Source of the DNA: a virus | Reading direction: 5' to 3' (one strand) | Length of the DNA: 64,000 bases | Virus record (IMG/VR): IMGVR_UViG_3300037312_000927 | Shown: piece after piece, positions 44,465-54,596 of the stretch | Layout of the letters: each line of letters opens with the position of its first letter | Position numbering within the stretch: position 1 is the stretch's first letter | Notes under the pieces: model-generated | Databases searched by the model: none | The model's input: the letters and a program-made list of their open reading frames with translations, nothing else | What the model was told of the DNA's origin: nothing | Position numbers and translations under genes: made by a program

Positions 44465-46656
44465 TATTTAAGTTCCATTCTATGGGTCAAGGTCATTCCG
44501 TTTCTAGACCTAAGTATAGGAGTCCTATTCTCACTATCGGTATAGGTAGGTACATCGTTTATAGTAACTTGTGACATAGAGTTATTATAGCCTAAAACAG
44601 TTAATCCTCTAAGGAGATACAACGAGCTAGAACTGGCAATATGACCCCGGGTAGCTCTATGTTTAAACGAAATATTGAGGGGATCATCTTCTGAAACTAT
44701 GGAATACATTCCTCCTCGATCAATATTATTGCCAGTTACTAAATACATGCCTAGAGTCTCATCCTGAATTCTTACGCCTATCAAATAATCATTTTCAGTC
44801 AAATCTGAAGTTTGAAACGTAAACGTACGAAATCCCATGTCAGGCATGAAACTCCCCATATATCCTACATCACTGCCTCTTGTGCGGAAAATATCAAAGT
44901 TTTGTATCAGCTGGCTTATATCCGTTAAAGGTAAGCTTTCATCAACTGCTAGGCTATTTATTGACTCTGATAGACTAAACGGGTTAAACAGATCAAAATA
45001 CCATTCACTAACATCCGGGGTATATATACCTGCTTCGTCACACTTGCTAGCTAAATCGGACTGAGTAGTAATATATAGGGGAACCAATGCCATCCCGGGA
45101 GGTATATTAAAAATAGTACGCAAATGGTGACTAGGGCAACCTACAGCATCTTGCCCTATTTCTTCTAGAGGCCTCGTACTTCTAGAGAACTGAATACGAC
45201 CTCTAGGAAAGGTCACCGTCTCAACGCCTCGATTCAATATAGTATTGAGCCATGCTTTTTCAACATCAGTATTGTCCCTGTACTGGATTTGAGGGTTTAT
45301 AAACCCAGTAGAAGTGCCGTCCATAAATGGGATAGGATCACCATTGACATAAACATCGGTACCGCACATACGAGATACATAATTAGGTATTGAATACCTC
45401 AAAAACTTGGCCTCATCCCTTGTATGCGCTACATCAGTTTCACTACGGGTAAAGTGTTCGATGCCCGTAAGTACATCCTCATGGCGTTTAATATCCCTAC
45501 GTTGGTTCAGGGATTCGCTTAGTGTTAAAGTTTCATCATTAGGAATCGTCCAGATATAAATCGGGCTCGTGTGTGCCGGTTTAGCTCTACGGATAACATC
45601 TGATAATTGTAGGAACGCTTGGTTGTTTTTAAATTCAGCAACATTAACATTTACTAGGAATGTATGCTTCTTTAAATAGGTCCTCATTAGGTAATCGAAG
45701 TGACTACCCTCAGTAGCATAACGACTCTCTTGACCCTCAGGTATGCCGGGTATGATAGACGCTGGTATTCTCAGATTTATCCACCAATCACCATCATTGA
45801 TATAGTCCTTTATCTCAACCCATTTGGCCAGTTCATCGCCAACATTGAGGATATCGCCGACCTGAGTGGTAGGAGCCAGACCATACGGGATGAGATATTG
45901 GTTGGAATCCGTCACCACTATATATTGGTCTGTCTCAAGGTACTTACGGACGTCCAGGACCGTTTCAGTGCCTCTAGCAAGGGGTACCCCTAGGCAGAGA
46001 TTTAAACCTTTACGCAAGAGCTCTAGAGTAGGTCCATTCAGATATATATAGTACAGCCCATAGACTAAGTTTTTGAAAGCATCGGTACTAGTCTCCGGAT
46101 CAAGTCCGAGTATGGCTCCATAATTTTTAGAGATCCATCTTTCGTCAATTTCCGTATCCACAAACCATAAGGCGTATTCCCTCGTAGACTCATCATTCAA
46201 AAGACGGGTGGAGAATCCAGCATTGGAAATATCTTGTGCGAATCTAACTCGAAGTTCACCAGTGTCAGTTTGTTCGATTCTAAAGTCTACATCGTCTTCC
46301 AACAAAGTAGTCGGCAGTAGAGGTCTATTAGCAATGTATCTGGAGCTGAGGATATCTGCAGGCAGCTTATAAAGGTTTACCTGTCCTTCAATCTTGTCGG
46401 TACTTTTTATCGTTACAAGTTTAAGGGCCTGATTCAAAGTCGTCTGGATATCTTCAAGACTAATAGTGCTAGTGAGCTGTAGAAATTTGCTATAGGCGTC
46501 ACTGGATGCTTGGGCATTAGACTCCAGAAGTAAATTCACCCTCGATGTATCCTGGAACATCATTGAAAAGAAATCGCTAATACCGTATAAATACGCCATA
46601 TTAGCAGAGTTATTTCCGATATCTAAACCTGAGGGTGAAAATGAAGATCTTGCCAT
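44464..46656 (-). CDS. baseplate wedge protein (putative)
   Basis: 730 aa; follows the baseplate J-like gene; LRKGLNLCLG and IRRAKPAHT motifs. Confidence 0.6.
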   Translation of the reverse strand: MARSSFSPSGLDIGNNSANMAYLYGISDFFSMMFQDTSRVNLLLESNAQASSDAYSKFLQLTSTISLEDIQTTLNQALKLVTIKSTDKIEGQVNLYKLPADILSSRYIANRPLLPTTLLEDDVDFRIEQTDTGELRVRFAQDISNAGFSTRLLNDESTREYALWFVDTEIDERWISKNYGAILGLDPETSTDAFKNLVYGLYYIYLNGPTLELLRKGLNLCLGVPLARGTETVLDVRKYLETDQYIVVTDSNQYLIPYGLAPTTQVGDILNVGDELAKWVEIKDYINDGDWWINLRIPASIIPGIPEGQESRYATEGSHFDYLMRTYLKKHTFLVNVNVAEFKNNQAFLQLSDVIRRAKPAHTSPIYIWTIPNDETLTLSESLNQRRDIKRHEDVLTGIEHFTRSETDVAHTRDEAKFLRYSIPNYVSRMCGTDVYVNGDPIPFMDGTSTGFINPQIQYRDNTDVEKAWLNTILNRGVETVTFPRGRIQFSRSTRPLEEIGQDAVGCPSHHLRTIFNIPPGMALVPLYITTQSDLASKCDEAGIYTPDVSEWYFDLFNPFSLSESINSLAVDESLPLTDISQLIQNFDIFRTRGSDVGYMGSFMPDMGFRTFTFQTSDLTENDYLIGVRIQDETLGMYLVTGNNIDRGGMYSIVSEDDPLNISFKHRATRGHIASSSSLYLLRGLTVLGYNNSMSQVTINDVPTYTDSENRTPILRSRNGMTLTHRMELK

Positions 46657-46657
46657 T

Positions 46658-48628
46658 TTAGTTGATTGATATATTATTTGCTGCTATGTTCTGGGCGTGT
46701 GTAGCGACCGAGTCTAATAGAAATACGTTAGTTCTATCATTCGGGTCAAGGATATCTGTGATAGTCCCTGTTTCTACCTCGATTAAGTCTCTGGTATATT
46801 TCTTATAAGTTACATTAGGGGGGTTCTGTATGTTAACGATTCCATTTAACCTTAATTGTGACATCATGTCACTCATTACGAACATATCTCCCAAATCTAG
46901 GCTAGTTAGGTAACTTTGAATTACCGATTCTACTACTGATACATCTGGGACCGTAGAATTATAAGATGTAACTTCAACACTTAGTTTATAGAAATTAAAT
47001 CCTTTTGCCAAGTAGTCTGCACAAAGAACTCTATTGGTAGGGTCATCTAAATAATTTTGAATAGAATCCAAATTCTGGAAATATCCTATATCAAAACTTG
47101 CAGTGCTATTGGCATATGCGGTACCGAAATCTATTACTAAAGACTGTCTTTCACTGAATCCAAAATCATTCCAAGGGGTGACGAACTTAACAGTCATACC
47201 TGTATCAGTGGACACAGTGGATAAAGTAGATGGTAGATCAAAGGTAAATTGATGTTCATTAACTACCTCTTTAACCAACCAAGTCCCATTGAACCCTGCA
47301 GTAGAGGATCCGCTTATGACTACGCTACGACCTGCCACGTATCCGTGGTTAGTTACAGTTACCAACGCATAAGATCCCTGCCCATCGATTTCTGTAATGG
47401 ACTTAGTCTCTAAATAATCATTATAAGAAGTGAAAGTTGCAGAGAATGGTATTTGATCCGCGTCGCTCCCACCAGATATACTGCTTCTACTGAACTCATA
47501 TATCGGGCCAGTAAGATTTACTTTTCCAAATTCGTCTGTAGTTAACTGCACGGTAGATTTTGCTAAAGTATCAGAACAGAAAATATCAACCATACCTCCG
47601 TTGTGCACGGTAATAGGATCATTTATATCTACGATAGAAGGTAGAGCGGTTATAACACCTGGATCAGAGACTAGCGGGAAGTTGAACGTAGAAGTGTCCG
47701 TCACTGTAATAGTGTAATCTCCATTATATCCTGAAGGTATAGCCTCGGATACAGTAATCCTCTGACCAGTCTTGTAACCGTGATCAGGCATGGCCACAAT
47801 AGCTATTGATCCGTTATATACAATAGATGCGGGAGTTCTCGGAATGCTAGGCTCGAATACCACTCTGATTTGATCCCTGATCATTTCCGCATCCCCCATA
47901 CCTACTACCAGTAGGCGATCGATATAGTTGAACTCTGCTTTGAGATTAGAGTCCACGCTTGGTACATTGATGAGGTTACGGGTGGAGATTGCGGTCTTAG
48001 ATCTATTTATAAATTCAGAATTAGTCTCGCTATTTATACTCTCACTCTTAAGGTAGTTAATTTCTGCCCTCAAGAAGTAAGGATCGAAGTTACTGAAGTA
48101 CAACAAGGAACCCGAGGAAATGTTATAATCCGTACCTTCTTTCTCGGCTACGAGCTCAATATCTATGTAATATTCATTACTATATGAGTCGAACGTCATT
48201 GCGTCAGCAGAGTACGAAATTGACTCTGAGGGTAAAAACTTAATGGTGTTATCGGTAGAGAAGTAAGTTGACGAGCTGACGCTGACATTCTTTTTACGGG
48301 CGAAATAAAGCCTAGCGCTGATAACGCTCTTGATACCAATCTTACGAGTAAGGAACCAGTTACTCAGAATAGAGTCCAGAACTTCTGTGGGCGTGCTATC
48401 ATCTACCCCGTTAAGAGTATTCTGAGTGAAGTACTGATCAACCCCCTTCTTAACCAACGTTAAAAGTAGGGCACTAGGTCTTAGCACCAGGTCCCGAAGA
48501 CCCGTACCTTCACGTAAATCTAAGTCTGGGAATTGGGCTTCCAGTATCTGCTTACATAGCAGTTCCGCCTCTAGGATTTCCTGAGAGGTCGGTTGAAGCC
48601 CGGGGATTACTGAATATAAGTCTGACAT
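46658..48628 (-). CDS. baseplate J-like wedge protein
   Basis: DLREGTGLRDLVLRP, AEKEGTDYNI, ETNSEFINR; follows the gp25-like gene. Confidence 0.7.
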   Translation of the reverse strand: MSDLYSVIPGLQPTSQEILEAELLCKQILEAQFPDLDLREGTGLRDLVLRPSALLLTLVKKGVDQYFTQNTLNGVDDSTPTEVLDSILSNWFLTRKIGIKSVISARLYFARKKNVSVSSSTYFSTDNTIKFLPSESISYSADAMTFDSYSNEYYIDIELVAEKEGTDYNISSGSLLYFSNFDPYFLRAEINYLKSESINSETNSEFINRSKTAISTRNLINVPSVDSNLKAEFNYIDRLLVVGMGDAEMIRDQIRVVFEPSIPRTPASIVYNGSIAIVAMPDHGYKTGQRITVSEAIPSGYNGDYTITVTDTSTFNFPLVSDPGVITALPSIVDINDPITVHNGGMVDIFCSDTLAKSTVQLTTDEFGKVNLTGPIYEFSRSSISGGSDADQIPFSATFTSYNDYLETKSITEIDGQGSYALVTVTNHGYVAGRSVVISGSSTAGFNGTWLVKEVVNEHQFTFDLPSTLSTVSTDTGMTVKFVTPWNDFGFSERQSLVIDFGTAYANSTASFDIGYFQNLDSIQNYLDDPTNRVLCADYLAKGFNFYKLSVEVTSYNSTVPDVSVVESVIQSYLTSLDLGDMFVMSDMMSQLRLNGIVNIQNPPNVTYKKYTRDLIEVETGTITDILDPNDRTNVFLLDSVATHAQNIAANNISIN

Positions 48629-48679
48629 ATGGATAAGGGTTAAGTGGTTTATTGACTAGTTTAACTGTTTACCTTGTGC

Positions 48680-49180
48680 TCAATCCCCGTTCAGTTTCAA
48701 GTCTAACTGAGGGAATGGTATAGCTACTTGGGCTTTTGCTCCAGCTTTTGTCAAAATACGAAGATATATTGTCACAGATTCTGAACCGGTATCTAGGCCT
48801 AGAATGGTCACCGAGTCTAATTGGCTGGCAACATCGGTGCCGATGTTCAGGATACGTTTGACCTGGCTTTCGGCAGAGCGTATCTCCGTTACGAGATCCG
48901 CCATGAACACGGAATCGTCTTCGGTAATGTTAGCGTTTACTGTAAGTGTAGGGAAATTGGTACCCTGGTTAGGTGATAAAACGTTAGACCCTAAACTAGT
49001 AAAAAGAATTTTTACAAACATTTGAGCCACTTTTTGAATCCCCGTCACTTTTCTAGGAGTGTCGTCTATATCAAAATCCAATAGCCCTTCTGGAAACCCA
49101 TCTCCATACTTTATAAGTAGCAGATCGTTTAATCCCCCTTGAGCTAGGTTAGTGGAAATACCTAATCTAGTACTACTCAT
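48680..49180 (-). CDS. gp25-like baseplate wedge protein
   Basis: VTGIQKVAQ.F.K.L.T.LGS...P..GT.F pattern. Confidence 0.65.
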   Translation of the reverse strand: MSSTRLGISTNLAQGGLNDLLLIKYGDGFPEGLLDFDIDDTPRKVTGIQKVAQMFVKILFTSLGSNVLSPNQGTNFPTLTVNANITEDDSVFMADLVTEIRSAESQVKRILNIGTDVASQLDSVTILGLDTGSESVTIYLRILTKAGAKAQVAIPFPQLDLKLNGD

Positions 49181-49578
49181 GGTGCATCTCCCTCCACATA
49201 AATTCCACCTAACATGCTAACCCAGAAGACTTTCATATTCGCATAATAGTCACTTTCACGGTTAGCTTCAGCAGAAGCGTCTGTGTAGTAATCACTCTTC
49301 CTTTTACTTGAAATATCAAACTCTCTAATAAGTGCCGCCATTTGGTGAACATTCTCAATAGCAGCACCGTTCTCATAACTGGCCGAATCATCAGCCCGTA
49401 TATAGGTCATGCGATGAAGCTCCGAATAATCCAGGGCATCAATAACGTCACTGAACTCAGGAGGTTCAACGCTCCCAGTATCGTCTTTCAAATACTTGTA
49501 CAAGTCATTATAGTACCCTGCCAATTTATCATTGGAGGTCTCTGCTTGTCCTAGTGCGCTGTTGGAATCTAATGGCAT
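49177..49578 (-). CDS. hypothetical protein
   Basis: Coupled ORF. Confidence 0.65.
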   Translation of the reverse strand: MPLDSNSALGQAETSNDKLAGYYNDLYKYLKDDTGSVEPPEFSDVIDALDYSELHRMTYIRADDSASYENGAAIENVHQMAALIREFDISSKRKSDYYTDASAEANRESDYYANMKVFWVSMLGGIYVEGDAP

Positions 49579-50303
49579 TAATACATCCCGCTTTCAGATT
49601 TGATACGCATAATCTTTTTTTCAAGGTTCTTTTTGAGGTAGTTGAGTCGGTTGACATTTACCCCCATCTTCTCCGCTAGAGCAGTTGAACTAATGAGTTT
49701 AACATTGTCCAGGATAATTTTTTCCTCAGGGGTTAGTTGGCTCATCAGATGTTCCATCAGAATTGCACCCTCATTAAACTGAGTGTACTCTCCCGGTTTT
49801 TCACTGCTACTCTCGATAAGGTCATTATATAGAGAGTTCTTGAACTTCACGGTCTGAGGCTTGGACCATCCTAGTTTCTTCGATAATTCTTCATCCGTAG
49901 GATCACGGTTCAGCTCATCTCTAAGAGAAGTGATGGCATGGTTATAATCATGGAATTTAAGCTGCAGATTCTCGGGGAGGCGGACTGCGTTTTGGTACTT
50001 ATAATTCATACGGCGGACCTTCTGCAGATAGTTACTTACATGAGTAGCCAATGCTGACCCTTTTGAAGGGTCATAAGTTTGAATCGCCTTGATAGTCCAT
50101 TTTTTAGCTTCAGCAGTTAGGGCTGCACTTGGTAGGCTACCGCTAGCCCGCTTCACTTCGGCACGGATAACTGGCATAAGAGACTCCATAAGAGCCCCTA
50201 AATGCCTTTTATCACCAGTGCTTTTCCAGCTCTCATATGCCTGTTGGTCTTTGTTTCTAAGTTCGTTAAAATATTGAGCTGTTGTTAAGTTCGGATCGGT
50301 CAT
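49578..50303 (-). CDS. RNA polymerase sigma factor (FliA/sigma28-like)
   Basis: AIQTYDPSKGSALATH (sigma2), AVRLPE...LRDELNRDPTDEELSKKLGW (sigma3), LAEKMGVNVNRL (sigma4 HTH). Confidence 0.85.
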   Translation of the reverse strand: MTDPNLTTAQYFNELRNKDQQAYESWKSTGDKRHLGALMESLMPVIRAEVKRASGSLPSAALTAEAKKWTIKAIQTYDPSKGSALATHVSNYLQKVRRMNYKYQNAVRLPENLQLKFHDYNHAITSLRDELNRDPTDEELSKKLGWSKPQTVKFKNSLYNDLIESSSEKPGEYTQFNEGAILMEHLMSQLTPEEKIILDNVKLISSTALAEKMGVNVNRLNYLKKNLEKKIMRIKSESGMY

Positions 50304-50497
50304 TTATACACACTATAGTTAGAGTAAATCGCATTTACATAACCTACTATATAGGCTTGGAGTTTATTACTGAACTGCTGATTTACGAAGCAATCTTTTG
50401 CAATAGAAGTCTCCGAAAGAAGACTATTCTCTATTATAGCCGAAGGGATATTAGACCCCCTCGGTAATCCTGAATCTACTTTAATAGTATCACTCAT
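50300..50497 (-). CDS. small hypothetical protein
   Basis: Coupled between the hub gene and the sigma gene. Confidence 0.5.
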   Translation of the reverse strand: MSDTIKVDSGLPRGSNIPSAIIENSLLSETSIAKDCFVNQQFSNKLQAYIVGYVNAIYSNYSVYK

Positions 50498-50500
50498 ATA

Positions 50501-53500
50501 TCAATCCCCGTTAACTAACGAACTAATCTCACTATAATCCAGGAACATACTTGCACCTGGCTCTAAAGTCATGTCAGTGACCGCAACCTTGTTTTGGTAC
50601 GTTACTGAAGTACCATTGTAGTTCTGTTCAGTTAGATCTATAAACTTCAGACCAAATTTAGATTCAATACTCTTTTTGCCTTCAATTTGTCTTGCTACCA
50701 ACCTCAGATTACCAACACCTGTCAAGTTAGGGTTGCCCTCTCCTCCATTTTTGGGTGATCTATCTGAGTGAGAGGATCCTTCAGTCCAGTTACCGTTATG
50801 TCTAGCCACTGGTGAAACCTGACCTGTCTCGAAGTTGTAAATCAGCCCCGGATCAGCACTACATACACCTAGAACGCTTCTATAAAACTTGTCGGCGATT
50901 TCCTTGGCCCGAGGATTATCTATAATACCTTGTTGAATGCTGGTTATATCACCAGTGTTACTATCATAGGCCGGGTCTGGTGTAATACCTAAAAGGGACG
51001 CCTTGTCTAATGTAGTATCCCCACTGATAGCAGTAGATGCGTCAGTAGCCGTGTCTCCTCCACTAGTCAGGCTAGAACCCCTCTCTACGTTTACTAAGGA
51101 TAATGCGGTTTTGAGCCACGGATGGATCGGCTGCATATAGTAATTACTAAGCTCGGTATAGGTAGAAGCCGCAACAAAACCAATCGTAGTTCCAATTCCA
51201 CGTGCGCTGATAGAGTGGGTCACGCTGGCACACATCGCATGGAAGCACGGGTGGTTAGGGCTACCATCAATGATATCCATTGGATACCCAGGAACAACAT
51301 AGGGATTGAATAAGCCGTACACAGAACCATTTCTACTACTTGCGACTGCTTTGGCATATTCGTAGTCCGCAGTAGCGAAAAGGAGACGTTCATAAGCCAT
51401 AATGTTACTCTTTATAGAGTATGGATCTAAAGTATCCTTGCTGTTATCGCGGCTTACCGTAACATTACCGCTATCGTCTACCAAACTGCTATATCCATAT
51501 TTTTGAATCCATGCATAGTGGAGGTCTAACAAATTTTTAGCCTCTACGGATCCTTTCTCTGGGAACTCGGAATCGCTATTGGATGCGCGGTTATCATCCT
51601 GGTCTTTTACGAAGTGTGAAAGCCAGTTAGGCATAGCAATCTTACGGTGAGCAATTCCCCTTCCCATTTCGTATTTACCGGGGATATTAAAACTACTGCC
51701 AGTCGTATCTCTAAGGGTCGGTTCGTTAGAATTATCCGAAGCTCCAAGAACCTTCCTACCTAATGCAATAGACTCCCGAATACTCTGAGGGGCTCGATAG
51801 TTAATACCCATTAAATTAGGATTATCTGCAGCCTGACTTGCTGCGGTTCCTACTGCAGTAATACGAGTTGGAACATCGCTCTCATTCTGATTTACATCAA
51901 CTGTATGGAACATATTCGGCAGAATTACATTACAAATAGGGGAGTAGTAGAATGGAATCTGCGGCTTAACGATAGTTTCTACTGCCATCTTGTCGACTTT
52001 AACCCAGTCCTCGGGAGTGTCCGGGTCAGCGTCAACCGAAGGGTCGATCGGTACTTCACCTGGGCTTGATAAAGTCAACATCTCATACTCAATGCCATAA
52101 TAAAAATTAGCAAATAGGTCATAAAAATTGGCTAGTTCCCCACTGAATCCTAAGGAAGATTTAAGGTTATTAACCACAAGTTGAGTCTGCACCGCACTCT
52201 GGATGCCTACACGAAATGCTGGGGGAAGCATTACATCGTTTTTGTTAAGTTCGGGCCTTGAGCTATCGTTACAATAGGGAACTCTACCTGCATCAATCTG
52301 ATCTTCCAGAACTGGGTGTCCACTAAGTCTATCGAAGAATCGGATCCCATCCTCCATCAGAGGTACGAACATCTTGTTGAAGATAACATTCAGTTTCTCA
52401 TCAGCATAGACCTCCATTTTCACCTGATTCCACATATTCATAATAGTGGTAGGCATACCCACCATACGTTCCTTAAGTGCTTCGAAACGTTTATCAAGCA
52501 TGGTAGGATCAGCAGTTAGGACATTGCTGTTGGACGGGGAGATTAAATCTTTGGGATCACTTTGAACCCCGGTGATGCCTTGTAGAGCCCTAGCCAGTGA
52601 ATACTCGCTGTTGAAGTTATTAATCTGAACCGAAGCTTGATCCGGATTATTATCAGTGAGATTGGCACCCTGGATGGCATGAGCAGCACCCCCTCCACTC
52701 CATTCGAAGGTGAGTTGTCTGAGAAGGGCATTCTTATGAACACATTCAAACGAAATGCTAGCCCCTCCCTCTGCTTGGCTATAATGGTAATTACAAGCTA
52801 TGATATGGCCCCAGAAAAGGAGGCGATACCCACCAGTTATCCTATCTTCATAAAATACATGAACTTTCGGTTGGTAACCTCTGATGATATCCATAAGGCC
52901 TGAATTAGGAGGAATCTGAATAGATGCCCCAGGAAGTTGTCCAATGCTTTGGCTAATACTAATACTTTCGAATGGAACCTGAACACCTTCAATATAAAGG
53001 CTAACGTCCTGAACCAACACATCAGTAGAATCATCCTCAGCAGATACAGGTAATCCTTCCTCGACCCCTTTAATGGAGATAGTCTTAGCATAAGGGCTGG
53101 GACTAGACGTTGAAAAAGTTCCAGATGTTACAACAGGTAGGGGTAAGGCCGTGTCGGAAGCTACGGCATTAGCCTTATCAGCCATGGCTTTTTCTATAAC
53201 ACTAGAATTGATTTGACTTATAGTACTATTTAGATAATTATTAGTAGTGCTATATGCGGTAGAGATACTAGAATCAGCAACACGGCTAGTGTCCACGAGT
53301 TTAGCCACTCCAATATTAGTTGCATCCGAGTATAGGGCTGAGTTTGTTTTATTGATAATTTGGCTGTATGAATCCACGCCTGACGACAAGGATTCCTTCG
53401 TATATCTCTGGATATCAAACAAGGTGTTATCAGATCCAGGTAGACTCGACAGTACATTGGAGTCTATGCCGCTTATAACCTGAGTAGCATATGAAGAATA

Positions 53501-53752
53501 CACACTAATATTGGAAGGATCTACTCCACATGCGTAATCTCTCATACTAAGTATAGGCGCATAGAGGCCATTGCCAGAATCACCCGTGCTTTTAAGCAGG
53601 CTGTTTTTGGCTACATCTGAAGTGTTTTTCAGTATGTTCGGTACTGAAGTCCCTGCAGTAGCTAGGGTTGTTACAGTCATTTTCGACAGCGCCGTGTTGT
53701 TAGACATGACGCTGCCAGTGATTTTATCGGAGAGGATATTAAGAAGTGACAT
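50501..53752 (-). CDS. large baseplate hub-like structural protein
   Basis: 1083 aa; LYIEGVQVPFESISI...SIQIPP and FNPYVVPGYP...VTHSI hub-like motifs. Confidence 0.6.
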   Translation of the reverse strand: MSLLNILSDKITGSVMSNNTALSKMTVTTLATAGTSVPNILKNTSDVAKNSLLKSTGDSGNGLYAPILSMRDYACGVDPSNISVYSSYATQVISGIDSNVLSSLPGSDNTLFDIQRYTKESLSSGVDSYSQIINKTNSALYSDATNIGVAKLVDTSRVADSSISTAYSTTNNYLNSTISQINSSVIEKAMADKANAVASDTALPLPVVTSGTFSTSSPSPYAKTISIKGVEEGLPVSAEDDSTDVLVQDVSLYIEGVQVPFESISISQSIGQLPGASIQIPPNSGLMDIIRGYQPKVHVFYEDRITGGYRLLFWGHIIACNYHYSQAEGGASISFECVHKNALLRQLTFEWSGGGAAHAIQGANLTDNNPDQASVQINNFNSEYSLARALQGITGVQSDPKDLISPSNSNVLTADPTMLDKRFEALKERMVGMPTTIMNMWNQVKMEVYADEKLNVIFNKMFVPLMEDGIRFFDRLSGHPVLEDQIDAGRVPYCNDSSRPELNKNDVMLPPAFRVGIQSAVQTQLVVNNLKSSLGFSGELANFYDLFANFYYGIEYEMLTLSSPGEVPIDPSVDADPDTPEDWVKVDKMAVETIVKPQIPFYYSPICNVILPNMFHTVDVNQNESDVPTRITAVGTAASQAADNPNLMGINYRAPQSIRESIALGRKVLGASDNSNEPTLRDTTGSSFNIPGKYEMGRGIAHRKIAMPNWLSHFVKDQDDNRASNSDSEFPEKGSVEAKNLLDLHYAWIQKYGYSSLVDDSGNVTVSRDNSKDTLDPYSIKSNIMAYERLLFATADYEYAKAVASSRNGSVYGLFNPYVVPGYPMDIIDGSPNHPCFHAMCASVTHSISARGIGTTIGFVAASTYTELSNYYMQPIHPWLKTALSLVNVERGSSLTSGGDTATDASTAISGDTTLDKASLLGITPDPAYDSNTGDITSIQQGIIDNPRAKEIADKFYRSVLGVCSADPGLIYNFETGQVSPVARHNGNWTEGSSHSDRSPKNGGEGNPNLTGVGNLRLVARQIEGKKSIESKFGLKFIDLTEQNYNGTSVTYQNKVAVTDMTLEPGASMFLDYSEISSLVNGD

Positions 53753-54596
53753 TGGAGTATAGACAGTATAGGGCTAGCATGTAAAGAGCCTTCTCCAGAG
53801 GATCTTTAATGGAGTCTATATATCCTCTATAATCCTCGGGTATCACCTGTAACTCATTTACGTATTCGCTAATTAATTGTAATCTATTTTCAGTTAACAA
53901 GCTAGTTAGCAAAAGACTACGTATAGGTAAAGGTTCGGATGGCAAAGCTTTCATGCCAAGTACCGATCCCGAAAAAGTCTTCGCAAGCCATACTACGAAT
54001 GGGAACGTGCTAAATTCTACGCATCTTACGATAATAGGATACTGAGAATTTGGAGTAGGAATAACAGTAAGCACTCCCTCACTCAGCTCGTAGTCAACAC
54101 CTTCCGTCAATAACTGCCCGCTAGAATAAACATAAGCTTTATCGTAAGTTCCGTTTTCAGTAGACAAAGTGTATTCAGAGACTTCTTCTTTAGTAGTAAT
54201 AATTTCGGCGTTTACAAGAAACTCTGGTATGACCTTGAGTAAGTCGTTTACTTTTGGAGGGATCTGATCAGGGTGACTTGCCGAATAACATTTTACACAA
54301 ATTCCATTTTTGCTAATACATGAGCTGGTGTGCCTAGTTGCAACCTCATATATTCCCTGACTTAAAAGGTATTCGATCCTATCTCTCGTAAGGGCCTCGT
54401 CTGTTGCTAATTCAATAATACCCTCGGATTCAAATGTGAGGGTTTCGAATCTACCCAAAGTAGTTCCACAGTCATTCTCCACAATAGGTAAATTAGGATT
54501 AAAAATACTTAACCCTAAATTCACCATATCGGGATTATCAGCGGGGATTTCATCGAAAATATTTTCAAATAACAATAGTGCTGAATATGTTCTCAC
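53739..54596 (-). CDS. protein with an RNA polymerase beta-prime Zn-binding-domain-like N-terminus
   Basis: IVENDCGT ... EVATRHTSSCISKNGICVKCY, compared with RpoC VTEDDCGT ... [20 protein letters not shown]. Confidence 0.65.
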   Translation of the reverse strand: MRTYSALLLFENIFDEIPADNPDMVNLGLSIFNPNLPIVENDCGTTLGRFETLTFESEGIIELATDEALTRDRIEYLLSQGIYEVATRHTSSCISKNGICVKCYSASHPDQIPPKVNDLLKVIPEFLVNAEIITTKEEVSEYTLSTENGTYDKAYVYSSGQLLTEGVDYELSEGVLTVIPTPNSQYPIIVRCVEFSTFPFVVWLAKTFSGSVLGMKALPSEPLPIRSLLLTSLLTENRLQLISEYVNELQVIPEDYRGYIDSIKDPLEKALYMLALYCLYSNVTS

